DNA of 64,000 nt from the IMG/VR virus record IMGVR_UViG_2718218305_000006; one strand, given 5' to 3'. This stretch comes from a virus (lineage: Duplodnaviria; Heunggongvirae; Uroviricota; Caudoviricetes). The notes under the pieces are model-generated. The model was not told where the DNA came from and made no database searches. It worked only from the letters and a program-made list of their open reading frames with translations. Shown here in pieces: positions 48,548 through 62,753 of this stretch; within the stretch, counting starts at the first letter, position 1, and the number at the start of each line of letters is the position of its first letter. The translations under genes and the position numbers were made by a program.

Positions 48548-48892
48548 ATGAAGAAAAAATACGAACTGGTTGTTAAAGGGATAAATAATTACCCGGATAA
48601 GATTACTGTTACTGTGGCACTGGAAATTGGTGGGTATCCGTCACTGTTGTTGCCAGATGTGGCGATTAGTCTTGACCGTACTGAAGGTGCCACGCTGGAG
48701 TTTTACGAAGCTGAGGCGAAAAAGCAGGCGAAGCAGTTTTTCATGGATGTTGCTGCCGGGTTATGTGAAGGGGATGGTCCGTTACCGGAAAAGCGTCCCG
48801 TAATTTTAGAGGCGCAGGATGTGTTGATAACCTACAGAGGAAAACTACCGGGAATAATTACGGGTTCTCTGAAGACTCCACCGCTGGCCTGA
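48548..48892 (+). CDS. hypothetical protein inserted between holin and endolysin
   Basis: 114 aa, unrelated to the copy-1 insert at the same slot; no family recognised. Confidence 0.45.
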   Translation: MKKKYELVVKGINNYPDKITVTVALEIGGYPSLLLPDVAISLDRTEGATLEFYEAEAKKQAKQFFMDVAAGLCEGDGPLPEKRPVILEAQDVLITYRGKLPGIITGSLKTPPLA

Positions 48893-48942
48893 AGACTTAA
48901 CATATCCAGGGATTTGAAATCGATAAACCCTGATAAATATCC

Positions 48943-49476
48943 ATGAACGCAAAAATCAGATACGGCCTGTCGGCTGCCGTTCTGGCGCTGATTGGTGCAG
49001 GGGCGTCTGCGCCTGAAATCCTCGACCAGTTTCTGGATGAAAAGGAAGGTAACCACACCACAGCATACCGTGATGGTGCGGGTATCTGGACCATCTGCCG
49101 TGGAGCCACCCGGGTGGATGGTAAGCCTGTTATTCCTGGCATGAAGCTGTCGAAGGAAAAATGCGACCGGGTTAACGCCATTGAGCGTGATAAGGCGCTG
49201 GCATGGGTGGAGAAAAACATCAGAGTGCCACTGACCGAACCCCAGAAAGCGGGGATTGCGTCATTCTGTCCGTACAACATTGGCCCCGGTAAGTGTTTCC
49301 CGTCGACGTTTTACAGACGGATTAATGCAGGAGATCGAAAAGGTGCCTGCGAAGCTATTCGCTGGTGGATTAAGGACGGTGGCAGGGACTGCCGTATTCG
49401 CTCAAATAACTGTTACGGTCAGGTATCCCGTCGTGACCAGGAGAGCGCGCTGGCGTGCTGGGGAATCGACAGATAA
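48943..49476 (+). CDS. R: SAR endolysin (lysozyme R)
   Basis: 177 aa, near-identical to 7504..8037. Confidence 0.85.
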   Translation: MNAKIRYGLSAAVLALIGAGASAPEILDQFLDEKEGNHTTAYRDGAGIWTICRGATRVDGKPVIPGMKLSKEKCDRVNAIERDKALAWVEKNIRVPLTEPQKAGIASFCPYNIGPGKCFPSTFYRRINAGDRKGACEAIRWWIKDGGRDCRIRSNNCYGQVSRRDQESALACWGIDR

Positions 49477-49746
49477 GCAGAATATTTTGCTGAAAAATGC
49501 GGTTTGCTTACATGGACGGATAACACGAAATCCTGCAAATTGGCAAAATGTAAGTGAATAAAGTCAAAACAGTTGTTTAACACTCAGGCACCGTAATGAT
49601 GCCTTTGTCATTTCTGCGCATCTCACGCGCATCTCACAACACAGAACCTTTCAGGATGACCCTTGAGGATACCGGTTTGGCTGTCGGTGCCTTTCTGTGG
49701 GCTGGATTCCTGTGAGACAAGGTTCATCACTAAAAGGAAATAACCG

Positions 49747-50316
49747 ATGAATATGATGGCCGTGCCGTTTCACGGCAACTCTCTTTATGTAGTTAACCAT
49801 AATGGCGAACCATACGTTCCCATGAAACCTGTCGTTGCGGGGATGGGGCTGGCCTGGCAATCACAGTTGGCTAAGTTAAGACAGCGTTTTGCGTCAACTA
49901 TAACGGAAATCGTTATGGTTGCTGAGGATGGGAAACAACGCAATATGGTGTCCATGCCACTTCGAAAACTTGCCGGCTGGCTACAAACCATTAATCCCAA
50001 CAAAGTAAAACCCGAAATCCGCGATAAGGTCATCCGGTATCAGGAAGAGTGCGACGATGTTCTTTACGAGTACTGGACGAAGGGTTTTGTCGTTAATCCC
50101 CGTAAAATGAGCGTGATGGAAGAACTCAACCAGGCTTGTGCTGACATGAAACGGGATAAAAACATTGCCAGTGTGTTTGCTACCGGGCTGAATGAGTGGA
50201 AACAGGTTAAAGCCGCGCATGTATCAAAAATCCGTACGCTGGTAAATGAAGCGAATATGCTGATTGATTTTGTCCTGGCTGATACAGGCAAAGGGAAAAT
50301 AACAAAGGCGGATTGA
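49747..50316 (+). CDS. phage antirepressor-like protein (AntA/P22 AR N-terminal type)
   Basis: ..VPFHGNSLYVVNHNGEPYVPMKPVVAGMGLAWQSQLAKL.. antirepressor N-domain pattern; inserted between R and Rz. Confidence 0.6.
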   Translation: MNMMAVPFHGNSLYVVNHNGEPYVPMKPVVAGMGLAWQSQLAKLRQRFASTITEIVMVAEDGKQRNMVSMPLRKLAGWLQTINPNKVKPEIRDKVIRYQEECDDVLYEYWTKGFVVNPRKMSVMEELNQACADMKRDKNIASVFATGLNEWKQVKAAHVSKIRTLVNEANMLIDFVLADTGKGKITKAD

Positions 50317-50462
50317 TGGGGTGGCTAATGATATCAGATAAACTCATAACGCTGGTGAAGAGCCTCTGTGTACTTGTCGGCATTTCATTTTCACTAATGC
50401 TGGTTGCTCTTTTTCTTTCCATGGCCTGGATGGCGTTGACTTCGGCAGGGCTGGTGGGGTGA
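50316..50462 (+). CDS. small membrane protein (48 aa)
   Basis: ATG overlaps the antirepressor stop (TGATG) and its stop overlaps the Rz GTG; MGWLMISDKLITLVKSLCVLVGISFSLMLVALFLSMAWMALTSAGLVG. Confidence 0.25.
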   Translation: MGWLMISDKLITLVKSLCVLVGISFSLMLVALFLSMAWMALTSAGLVG

Positions 50463-50932
50463 GCATAAACCGAATGCTTTCCGCGTTTACCGTTATTCTG
50501 CTGGTGGTCTGTGGTGCGCTTAGTCTGGGGCTGAATCATTACCGCGATAACGCCATAACCTACAAAGAGCAGCGCGATAAAAAAGTCAGTGAGCTGGAGC
50601 TGGCAAATGCAACCATTACTGATATGCAGCAGCGCCAGCGTGATGTTGCTGCACTTGATGCCAGATACTCGAGGGAATTAGCTGATGCGAGAGCTGAAAA
50701 TGAAACTCTGCGTGCTGATGTTGCCGCTGGTCGTAAGCGCCTGCGCATCAACGCCAACTGTCCAGGCTCCTTGCGTAAAGCCCCCATCACCTCCGGCGTG
50801 GATAATGCAACCGGTCCCCGACTGGCAGAAGCCGCTGAACGGGATTATTTCATCCTCAGAGAACGGCTGATGGCAATGCAGAAGCAACTGGAAGGAGCAC
50901 AGGAATATATCCGTACCCAGTGTATACCGTGA
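50459..50932 (+). CDS. Rz: i-spanin Rz
   Basis: 157 aa, homologous to 8034..8501. Confidence 0.8.
   Translation: MSINRMLSAFTVILLVVCGALSLGLNHYRDNAITYKEQRDKKVSELELANATITDMQQRQRDVAALDARYSRELADARAENETLRADVAAGRKRLRINANCPGSLRKAPITSGVDNATGPRLAEAAERDYFILRERLMAMQKQLEGAQEYIRTQCIP
50700..50870 (+). CDS. Rz1: o-spanin Rz1, embedded in Rz
   Basis: [15 protein letters not shown] lipobox, embedded in the +1 frame. Confidence 0.65.
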   Translation: MKLCVLMLPLVVSACASTPTVQAPCVKPPSPPAWIMQPVPDWQKPLNGIISSSENG

Positions 50933-51395
50933 TGTTTTGTTACGAAGGTGTTACCGGTAACGTTAAGGTAATTTAACAAAGAGTCAGTTCCGGACTTTAT
51001 AGTGTGCTCAGTTCATGGCCAAAAACGATTTCTGTGATAAATATTTTGAATATTATTTACAGGTAAATGGAGTGGGGCACATGGATAGAAATATTACAAT
51101 AGAGTATGAAGTATATGCCCGTATTGTATGGGCAGAGAAGGCAAAAACATGGTAATTCCGTGTGTTGCCATGATACCTGACTGGCAGAATTGTTGTTTGG
51201 TTTTGAGTATATAGTCAGCGTCTTTTGTTCGGTAATTGCTCTTTCAATTAAAATGCCAGATATGATTTGCTTTTCTTTGTTGTTTAGTTTTTTTGTATAT
51301 TATTTTTATTGTTTTTATATAATTAGTTTTTTATTGTTGTCTTATTAAGGACGGTAAATTCAGGATGGCAGTCTGTAGATAAACGGAGGTTACTT

Positions 51396-51710
51396 ATGCT
51401 ACATGATCACCTGGCAGAATGTCTGGAGAAAAAAGGACTGTACCGGAGAGCAGCTGAACGATGGGCAAAAGTGATGGTACAGCTAAGTGATGACCAGAAA
51501 AGAAAAGTGGCGGCACAGAAACGAGCAGAGTGTTTGCGTAAGGCGCGCCGGACTCCGGTTTCACCGGTGAACCTGACCGAAATAAAACAAGCGGTCAACA
51601 GACTACATTCTGAGTTGGGAATGGGATTTGAAGAGCGGCGGGTATTCCGACGATATAAAGGGACAGGAGAACAGAATACGTCCGGAAACGCGCGGTCAAA
51701 AAAATGCTAA
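51396..51710 (+). CDS. PerC-family transcriptional activator (Pch-like)
   Basis: 104 aa, ..LAECLEKKGLYRRAAERWAKVM.. resembles PerC/Pch; preceded by a very AT-rich tract. Confidence 0.55.
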   Translation: MLHDHLAECLEKKGLYRRAAERWAKVMVQLSDDQKRKVAAQKRAECLRKARRTPVSPVNLTEIKQAVNRLHSELGMGFEERRVFRRYKGTGEQNTSGNARSKKC

Positions 51711-51791
51711 AAAATATCTGAGAGCGTTATTGCCTGTTACCATAAGAAAAAGCGACTTTAGTGGTCGCTTTTTGTGTCATATATAAGTCGT

Positions 51792-52016
51792 TTAAGTAAA
51801 CCTGTCTGAACAGGTTCTCTGGTCGTGTTTGTCTTTGTTGGGTACAAATTGAGAATATTTTTCATTAATTAATCTTCTTCTGCAGGCTTCAATAACCCAC
51901 GCTGAAAAATTTCCTGAACCTTTCAGATCAAGAGCGATGTTAATTTGTTCAATCATCTGGTTTGGAAATCGGATGTTGCGGGTTGTTGTTCTGCGGGTTC
52001 TGTTCTTTGATGACAT
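51792..52016 (-). CDS. YlcI/YnfO-family small protein (DUF3950-like)
   Basis: ..KNRTRRTTTRNIRFPNQMIEQINIALDLKGSGNFSAWVIEACRRRL.. matches recalled DLP12 YlcI. Confidence 0.5.
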   Translation of the reverse strand: MSSKNRTRRTTTRNIRFPNQMIEQINIALDLKGSGNFSAWVIEACRRRLINEKYSQFVPNKDKHDQRTCSDRFT

Positions 52017-52149
52017 AATGTTGCCCCATATTCAGTGTTGCTGATTTGTATTATCTGAAGTTGCTTTTACGTTAATTTGATGCAGATCAATTAATACGAT
52101 ACCTGCGTCATAATTGATTATTTGACGTGGTTTGATGGCGTAGATGCAC

Positions 52150-52400
52150 GTTGTGACATGTAGATGATAATTATTATCATTTTGCGGGTCCTTTCCGGCG
52201 ATCCGACCGGTTACGGGGCGGCGACCTCGCGGGTTTTCGCTATTTATGAAAATTTTCCGGGGAAAATCATGTCGGTACTTCTCGAACATAACTATTTGTT
52301 TTTTCTAATATCGAATCCGTAAAGGTCCGACATGAAAACGCCTGAAAAAGTCATTTTCGGGCACTTTCATGTCGGACCCTGTATTTGTTGTGAGACTGTT
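52150..52400. other. cos: lambda-type cos site (cosN with 12-nt cohesive end at 52206..52217, plus cosB)
   Basis: GGGCGGCGACCTCGCGGGTTTTCGCTATTTATGAAAATTTTCCGG matches the lambda left end; 197 nt upstream of Nu1. Confidence 0.65.
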
Positions 52401-52402
52401 TC

Positions 52403-52922
52403 ATGAAGGTTAATAAAAAGAAACTTGCCGAAATTTTCAACGTGGATCCGCGAACGATTGAACGCTGGCAGTCTCAGGGGCTCCCTTGCGTCTCCGGAGG
52501 TGGTAAGGGCGTTGAATCTGTATTTGATACCGCCACGGCAATTCAGTGGTATGCGCAGAGGGAAGCTGATATCGAAAATGAAAAACTCCGTAAAGAGGTT
52601 GAGGATTACAGGGCTGCCAGCGAGGCAGATCTCCAGCCTGGGACTATTGAGTACGAACGCCATCGACTTACGCGTGCGCAGGCTGACGCCCAGGAGCTGA
52701 AGAATGCCAGAGACTCCGCAGAAGTGGTGGAAACCGCATTCTGTACTTTCGTGCTGTCACGGATCGCAGGTGAAATTGCCAGTATTCTTGACGGGATCCC
52801 TCTCTCAGTACAGCGGCGTTTTCCGGAACTGGAAAACCGACATGTTGATTTCCTGAAACGGGATATTATCAAAGCCATGAACAAAGCAGCCGCGCTGGAT
52901 GAACTGATACCGGGGTTGCTGA

Positions 52923-52948
<26 letters not shown>
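52403..52948 (+). CDS. nu1: terminase small subunit Nu1
   Basis: 181 aa, [28 protein letters not shown].. near-identical to lambda Nu1 as recalled. Confidence 0.9.
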
Positions 52949-56629
<3,681 letters not shown>

Positions 56630-56649
<20 letters not shown>

Positions 56650-57949
56650 TCTCCCGCATATTGCCAGCATGGCTTTTAATGAGCCGCTGATGCTTGAACC
56701 CGCCTATGCGCGGGTTTTCTTTTGTGCGCTTGCAGGCCAGCTTGGGATCAGCCGCCTGACGGATGCAGTATCCGGCGACAGCCTGACTGCCGGAGAGGCA
56801 CCCGCGGCGCTGGCGTTATCCGGTGATGATGACGGACCACGACAGGCCCGGAGTTATCAGGTCATGAACGGCATCGCCGTGCTGCCGGTGTCCGGTACGC
56901 TGGTCAGCCGGACGCGGGCGCTGCAGCCGTATTCGGGAATGACCGGTTACAACGGCATTATCGCCCGTCTGCAACAGGCTGCCAGCGATCCGATGGTGGA
57001 CGGCATTCTGCTCGATATGGACACACCGGGCGGGATGGTGGCGGGAGCATTTGACTGTGCTGACATCATCGCCCGTGTGCGAGACATAAAACCGGTATGG
57101 GCGCTGGCCAACGACATGAACTGCAGTGCAGGTCAGCTGCTTGCCAGCGCCGCCTCCCGGCGTCTGGTCACGCAGACCGCCCGGACAGGCTCCATCGGCG
57201 TCATGATGGCTCACAGTAATTACGGTGCTGCCCTGGAGAAACAGGGCGTGGAAATCACGCTGATTTACAGCGGCAGCCATAAGGTGGATGGCAACCCCTA
57301 CAGCCATCTACCGGGTGATGTCCGGGAAACACTGCAGTCCCGGATGGATGCAACCCGCCGGATGTTTGCGCAGAAGGTGTCGGCATATACCGGCCTGTCC
57401 GTGCAGGCTGTGCTGGATACCGAGGCTGCAGTGTACAGCGGTCAGGAGGCCATTGATGCCGGACTGGCTGATGAACTTGTCAACAGCACCGATGCGATCA
57501 CCGTTATGCGTGATGCACTGGATGCACGTAAATCCCGTCTCTCAGGAGGGCGAATGACCAAAGAGACTCAATCAACAACTGTTTCAGCCACTGCTTCGCA
57601 GGCTGACGTTACTGGCGTGGTGCCAGCGACGGAGGGCGAAAACGCCAGCGCGGCGCAGCCGGACGTGAACGCGCAGATCACCGCTGCGGTTGCGGCAGAA
57701 AACAGCCGCATTATGGGGATCCTCAACTGTGAGGAGGCTCACGGACGCGAAGAACAGGCCCGCGTGCTGGCAGAAACCCCCGGTATGACCGTGGAAACGG
57801 CCCGCCGCATTCTGGCCGCAGCACCACAGAGTGCACAGGCGCGCAGTGATACTGCGCTGGATCGTCTGATGCAGGGGGCACCGGCACCGCTGGCTGCAGG
57901 TAACCCGGCATCTGATGCCGTTAACGATTTGCTGAACACACCAGTGTAA
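56630..57949 (+). CDS. C: head protease / minor capsid protein C (with nested scaffold Nu3 frame)
   Basis: GTG start giving VTAELRNLPHIASMAFNEPLML.. (lambda C), 439 aa. Confidence 0.85.
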
Positions 57950-57958
57950 GGGATGTTT

Positions 57959-58291
57959 ATGACGAGCAAAGAAACCTTTACCCATTACCAGCCGCTGGGC
58001 AACAGTGACCCGGCTCATACCGCAACCGCGCCCGGCGGATTGAGTGCGAAAGCGCCTGCAATGACCCCGCTGATGCTGGACACCTCCAGCCGTAAGCTGG
58101 TTGCGTGGGATGGCACCACCGACGGTGCTGCCGTTGGCATTCTTGCGGTTGCTGCTGACCAGACCAGCACCACGCTGACGTTCTACAAGTCCGGCACGTT
58201 CCGTTATGAGGATGTGCTCTGGCCGGAGGCTGCCAGCGACGAGACGAAAAAACGGACCGCGTTTGCCGGAACGGCAATCAGCATCGTTTAA
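57959..58291 (+). CDS. D: head decoration protein D
   Basis: 110 aa [27 protein letters not shown].. lambda gpD. Confidence 0.9.
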   Translation: MTSKETFTHYQPLGNSDPAHTATAPGGLSAKAPAMTPLMLDTSSRKLVAWDGTTDGAAVGILAVAADQTSTTLTFYKSGTFRYEDVLWPEAASDETKKRTAFAGTAISIV

Positions 58292-58346
58292 CCTGACCCT
58301 TCATCACTAAAGGCCGCCTGTGCGGCTTTTTTTACGGGATTTTTTT

Positions 58347-59372
58347 ATGTCGATGTACACAACCGCCCAACTGCTGGCGGCAAATGAGCAGAAATTTAAG
58401 TTTGATCCGCTGTTTCTGCGTCTCTTTTTCCGTGAGAGCTATCCCTTCACCACGGAGAAAGTCTATCTCTCACAAATTCCGGGACTGGTAAACATGGCGC
58501 TGTACGTTTCGCCGATTGTTTCCGGTGAGGTTATCCGTTCCCGTGGCGGCTCCACCTCTGAATTTACGCCGGGATATGTCAAGCCGAAGCATGAAGTGAA
58601 TCCGCAGATGACCCTGCGTCGCCTGCCGGATGAAGATCCGCAGAATCTGGCGGACCCGGCTTACCGCCGCCGTCGCATCATCATGCAGAACATGCGTGAC
58701 GAAGAGCTGGCCATTGCTCAGGTCGAAGAGATGCAGGCAGTTTCTGCCGTGCTCAAGGGCAAATACACCATGACCGGTGAAGCCTTCGATCCGGTTGAGG
58801 TGGATATGGGCCGCAGTGCGGCGAACAACATCACGCAGTCCGGCGGCACGGAGTGGAGCAAGCGTGACAAGTCCACGTATGACCCGACCGACGATATCGA
58901 AGCCTACGCGCTGAACGCCAGCGGCGTGGTGAATATCATCGTGTTTGACCCGAAAGGCTGGGCGCTGTTCCGTTCCTTCAAAGCCGTCAGGGAGAAGCTG
59001 GATACCCGTCGCGGCTCTCATTCCGAACTGGAGACAGCGGTAAAAGACCTGGGCAAAGCGGTGTCTTATAAGGGAATGTATGGCGATGTGGCCATCGTCG
59101 TGTATTCCGGACAGTACGTGGAAAACGGCGTCAAAAAGAACTTCCTGCCGGACAACACGATGGTGCTGGGGAACACTCAGGCACGCGGTCTGCGCACCTA
59201 TGGCTGCATTCAGGATGCGGACGCACAGCGCGAAGGCATTAACGCCTCTGCCCGTTACCCGAAAAACTGGGTGACCACCGGCGATCCGGCGCGTGAGTTC
59301 ACCATGATTCAGTCAGCACCGCTGATGCTGCTGGCTGACCCTGATGAGTTCGTGTCCGTACAACTGGCGTAA
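58347..59372 (+). CDS. E: major capsid protein E
   Basis: 341 aa MSMYTTAQLLAANEQKFKFDPLFLRLFF.. lambda gpE. Confidence 0.9.
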   Translation: MSMYTTAQLLAANEQKFKFDPLFLRLFFRESYPFTTEKVYLSQIPGLVNMALYVSPIVSGEVIRSRGGSTSEFTPGYVKPKHEVNPQMTLRRLPDEDPQNLADPAYRRRRIIMQNMRDEELAIAQVEEMQAVSAVLKGKYTMTGEAFDPVEVDMGRSAANNITQSGGTEWSKRDKSTYDPTDDIEAYALNASGVVNIIVFDPKGWALFRSFKAVREKLDTRRGSHSELETAVKDLGKAVSYKGMYGDVAIVVYSGQYVENGVKKNFLPDNTMVLGNTQARGLRTYGCIQDADAQREGINASARYPKNWVTTGDPAREFTMIQSAPLMLLADPDEFVSVQLA

Positions 59373-59413
59373 TCATGGCCCTTCGGGGCCATTGTTTTTC
59401 TGTGGAGGAGTCC

Positions 59414-59812
59414 ATGACGAAAGATGAACTGATTGCCCGTCTCCGCTCGCTGGGTGAACAACTGAACCGTGATGTCAGCCTGACGGGGACGAAAGAAGAA
59501 CTGGCGCTCCGTGTGGCAGAGCTGGAAGAGGAGCTTGATGACACGGATGAAACTGCCGGTCAGGACACCCCTCTCAGCCGGGAAAATGTGCTGACCGGAC
59601 ATGAAAATGAGGTGGGATCAGCGCAGCCGGATACCGTGATTCTGGATACGTCTGAACTGGTCACGGTCGTGGCACTGGTGAAGCTGCATACTGATGCACT
59701 TCACGTCACGCGGGATGAACCTGTGGCATTTGTGCTGCCGGGAACGGCGTTTCGTGTCTCTGCCGGTGTGGCAGCCGAAATGACAGAGCGCGGCCTGGCC
59801 AGAATGCAATAA
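59414..59812 (+). CDS. FI: DNA packaging protein FI
   Basis: 132 aa MTKDELIARLRSLGEQLNRDVSLTGTKEEL.. lambda FI. Confidence 0.85.
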   Translation: MTKDELIARLRSLGEQLNRDVSLTGTKEELALRVAELEEELDDTDETAGQDTPLSRENVLTGHENEVGSAQPDTVILDTSELVTVVALVKLHTDALHVTRDEPVAFVLPGTAFRVSAGVAAEMTERGLARMQ

Positions 59813-59823
59813 CGGGAGGCGCT

Positions 59824-60177
59824 GTGGCTGATTTCGATAACCTGTTCGATGCTGCCATTGCCCGCGCCGATGAAACGATACGCGGGTACATGGGAACGTC
59901 AGCCACCATGACATCCGGTGAGCGGTCCGGCGCAGTAATACGTGGTGTTTTTGATGACCCTGAAAATATCAGCTATGCCGGACAGGGCGTGCGCGTTGAA
60001 GGCTCCAGCCCGTCCCTGTTTGTCCGGACTGATGATGTGCGGCAACTGCGGCGTGGTGACACGCTGACCATTAACGGCGAGATGTTCTGGGTGGACCGTG
60101 TTTCTCCGGATGACGGAGGGAGTTGTTATCTCTGGCTCAACCGTGGGCAACCACCGGCAGTTAACCGGCGACGATAA
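59824..60177 (+). CDS. FII: head-tail joining protein FII
   Basis: 117 aa MADFDNLFDAAIARADETIRGYMG.. lambda FII. Confidence 0.85.
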   Translation: MADFDNLFDAAIARADETIRGYMGTSATMTSGERSGAVIRGVFDDPENISYAGQGVRVEGSSPSLFVRTDDVRQLRRGDTLTINGEMFWVDRVSPDDGGSCYLWLNRGQPPAVNRRR

Positions 60178-60191
60178 ACGCAGGGTGAATT

Positions 60192-60725
60192 ATGGCGATA
60201 AAAGGGCTTGATCAGGCGATTGAAAATCTGAGCCGGGTTCGTAAAAACGCCATTCCGGCGGCTTCAGCAATGGCCATTAACCGCGTGGCCACAACGGCGA
60301 TTAATCAGTCTTCATCACAGGTTGCCCGGGAGACAAAGGTACGCCGGAAACTGGTAAAGGAACGGTCCAGACTGAAACGGGCCACGGTCAGAAATCCGAA
60401 TGCCAGAATTATCGTTAAACGCGGTGATCTCCCTGTGATTAAGCTGGGGATCAGGATGCTGGGCCGTCGTCCGGACAGCATACTTAAAGCTGGTCAGCAT
60501 CGGTATCAGCGGGCATTTATCCAGCGATTAAAAAATGGTCGCTGGCATGTCATGCAGCGTGTGGCCGGGAAAAACCGTTACCCCATTGATGTGGTGAAAA
60601 TCCCGATGGCGGCCCCACTGAAACAGGCGTTTGATGAGAATATTGACCGTATCCGGCGTGAACGTCTGCCCGGAGAACTGGCATACGCGCTGAAACAACA
60701 ACTTAGGATTGCGATAAAACGATGA
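60192..60725 (+). CDS. Z: minor tail protein Z
   Basis: 177 aa, lambda order. Confidence 0.85.
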   Translation: MAIKGLDQAIENLSRVRKNAIPAASAMAINRVATTAINQSSSQVARETKVRRKLVKERSRLKRATVRNPNARIIVKRGDLPVIKLGIRMLGRRPDSILKAGQHRYQRAFIQRLKNGRWHVMQRVAGKNRYPIDVVKIPMAAPLKQAFDENIDRIRRERLPGELAYALKQQLRIAIKR

Positions 60726-61117
60726 AACATACTGATATCCGTGCGGCAGTGCTGGATGCACTGGAGCTGCATGAACACGGGGCGACGCTGTTTGATGGTC
60801 GCCCCGTTGTTTTTGACGAAGAGGATTTTCCGGCCGTCGCGGTTTATCTGACGGATGCAGAGTATACCGGTGAAGAGCTGGATGCAGATACCTGGCGGGC
60901 CACACTGCATATTGAGGTGTTTTTACCGGCACAGGTACCGGATTCGGAGCTTGATCAGTGGATGGAAAGCCGGATTTATCCGGCGGTGACTGCGATCCCG
61001 GCACTGGCAGACCTGATTACGACGATGGTTACGCAGGGCTATGAGTATCGTCGTGATGACGATATGGCGTTATGGAGTTCTGCGGATCTGACTTATTCCA
61101 TTACATACGAGATGTGA
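60722..61117 (+). CDS. U: tail terminator protein U
   Basis: 131 aa, lambda order. Confidence 0.85.
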   Translation: MKHTDIRAAVLDALELHEHGATLFDGRPVVFDEEDFPAVAVYLTDAEYTGEELDADTWRATLHIEVFLPAQVPDSELDQWMESRIYPAVTAIPALADLITTMVTQGYEYRRDDDMALWSSADLTYSITYEM

Positions 61118-61124
61118 GGACGAT

Positions 61125-61877
61125 ATGGCAACACCAAATCCCCTTGAGCCGGTAAAAGGTGCCGGTACCACTCTGTGGGTTTACAACGGCAAGGGTGATG
61201 CTTATGCAAACCCGTTGTCAGACGATGACTGGCAGCGACTGGCTAAGGTGAAGGATCTGACGCCGGGCGAGATGACGGCAGAACCCTACGATGATAACTA
61301 CCTGGATGATGAAGACGCGGACTGGACCGCGACCGGGCAGGGGCAGAAGTCTGCAGGAGATACCAGTTTTACGCTGGCCTGGAAACCGGGAGAAGAAGGT
61401 CAGAAAGGGCTTATAGGCTGGTTTGAAAGCGGGGATGTGCGGGCCTATAAAATCCGTTTCCCAAATGGCACGGTGGATGTGTTCCGTGGCTGGGTCAGCA
61501 GTATCGGTAAGGCCGTGACGGCGAAAGAAGTGATCACCCGCACGGTGAAAGTCACTAACGTGGGCAAACCTTCCGTGGCGGAAGAACGCAGCGAAATTAC
61601 GCCGGCCACTGCAATTAAGGTGACACCGACATCCGGTACGGTGGCAAAAGGGAAAACAACCACCCTGACTGTTTCTTTTGAGCCGGAAAGTGCAACCGAC
61701 AAGACGTTCAGAGCGGTTTCCGCCGATCCGTCGAAAGCCACCATTAGTGTGAAAGATATGACAATTACGGTAAACGGCGTGGCGACAGGTAAGGTGCAGA
61801 TCCCTGTGGTGAGCGGAAATGGTCAGTTCGCCGCAGTGGCTGAAGTCACCGTTACTGAAGCGGGCGCTGCAGGGTAA
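61125..61877 (+). CDS. V: major tail protein V
   Basis: 250 aa, identical translation to 17177..17929. Confidence 0.9.
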   Translation: MATPNPLEPVKGAGTTLWVYNGKGDAYANPLSDDDWQRLAKVKDLTPGEMTAEPYDDNYLDDEDADWTATGQGQKSAGDTSFTLAWKPGEEGQKGLIGWFESGDVRAYKIRFPNGTVDVFRGWVSSIGKAVTAKEVITRTVKVTNVGKPSVAEERSEITPATAIKVTPTSGTVAKGKTTTLTVSFEPESATDKTFRAVSADPSKATISVKDMTITVNGVATGKVQIPVVSGNGQFAAVAEVTVTEAGAAG

Positions 61878-61890
61878 ACGGAGGTAATAC

Positions 61891-62313
61891 ATGTTTCTGA
61901 AAACAGAACAATTTGAATATAACGGTGTGTCCGTCACGCTTTCCGAATTGTCTGCGCTGCAGCGGTTTGATTATATAAAGTTTGTTTCAGACGCAGAACA
62001 ACAGGAGACAACGAAGCATGATGTCGTGCACATTAACCAGCGATATCTGGAAACGGCATCCCTGCTTGTGGCGATGTCGCTATGGCATTCCCATTCCCTC
62101 AAAGGCACTCTGGCCTCTCCGGAGACAGAGATGCAGCAGATCCGCCGTGAAGTGATGCTGGGATGGCCTGCTGATGCACTGAATCAGGCAACGAACCGGG
62201 TGCTTTATCTTTCAGGTATGCTGGATAACCGGCACGATGCCGATCCTGAACAAACCGGTAAAGCAGAAGCGACTGAGTCGGTAACATCAAAAAAGCATTC
62301 GAAGGCGAGCTGA
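61891..62313 (+). CDS. G: tail assembly chaperone G
   Basis: 140 aa, near-identical to 17943..18365. Confidence 0.85.
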   Translation: MFLKTEQFEYNGVSVTLSELSALQRFDYIKFVSDAEQQETTKHDVVHINQRYLETASLLVAMSLWHSHSLKGTLASPETEMQQIRREVMLGWPADALNQATNRVLYLSGMLDNRHDADPEQTGKAEATESVTSKKHSKAS

Positions 62314-62753
62314 ACTTTGTCCTGAAACTGGCGCGAGAGATGGGGAGACCCGACTGGCGCGCCATGCTTGCCGGGATGACATCCACCGAATATGCCGACT
62401 GGCGACGTTTTTACTGCACGCATTATTTTCAGGATACCCAACTGGACGCTCATTTTTCCGGGCTGATGTACGCCGTACTCAGCCTGTTTTTTGGCGATCC
62501 GGATATGCATCCGGCGGATTTCAGTCTGCTTGCTCCAGCGTGTGAGGAAGAGCAGACGGAGATGCCGGACGAGGAAGAAATGCTGATGCAGAAAGCGACA
62601 GGAGTTGCCGGAGGCGTCCGGTTCGGAGGGGACGGAGGGCGCGATATTTCACCTTCTGCGGATGTGGTGGATGTCAGCGAGGATGATGTTGCATTAATGA
62701 TGGCTTCAGCGGGGATTTCCGGAGGTGTGAGATATGTCCCAGCCAGCGGGTGA
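62289..62753 (+). CDS. T: T segment of the G-T fusion (reached by -1 frameshift)
   Basis: A AAA AAG heptamer at 62289..62295; -1 frame continues with the T-like sequence to 62753. Confidence 0.65.
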   Translation, partial: KKAFEGELNFVLKLAREMGRPDWRAMLAGMTSTEYADWRRFYCTHYFQDTQLDAHFSGLMYAVLSLFFGDPDMHPADFSLLAPACEEEQTEMPDEEEMLMQKATGVAGGVRFGGDGGRDISPSADVVDVSEDDVALMMASAGISGGVRYVPASG

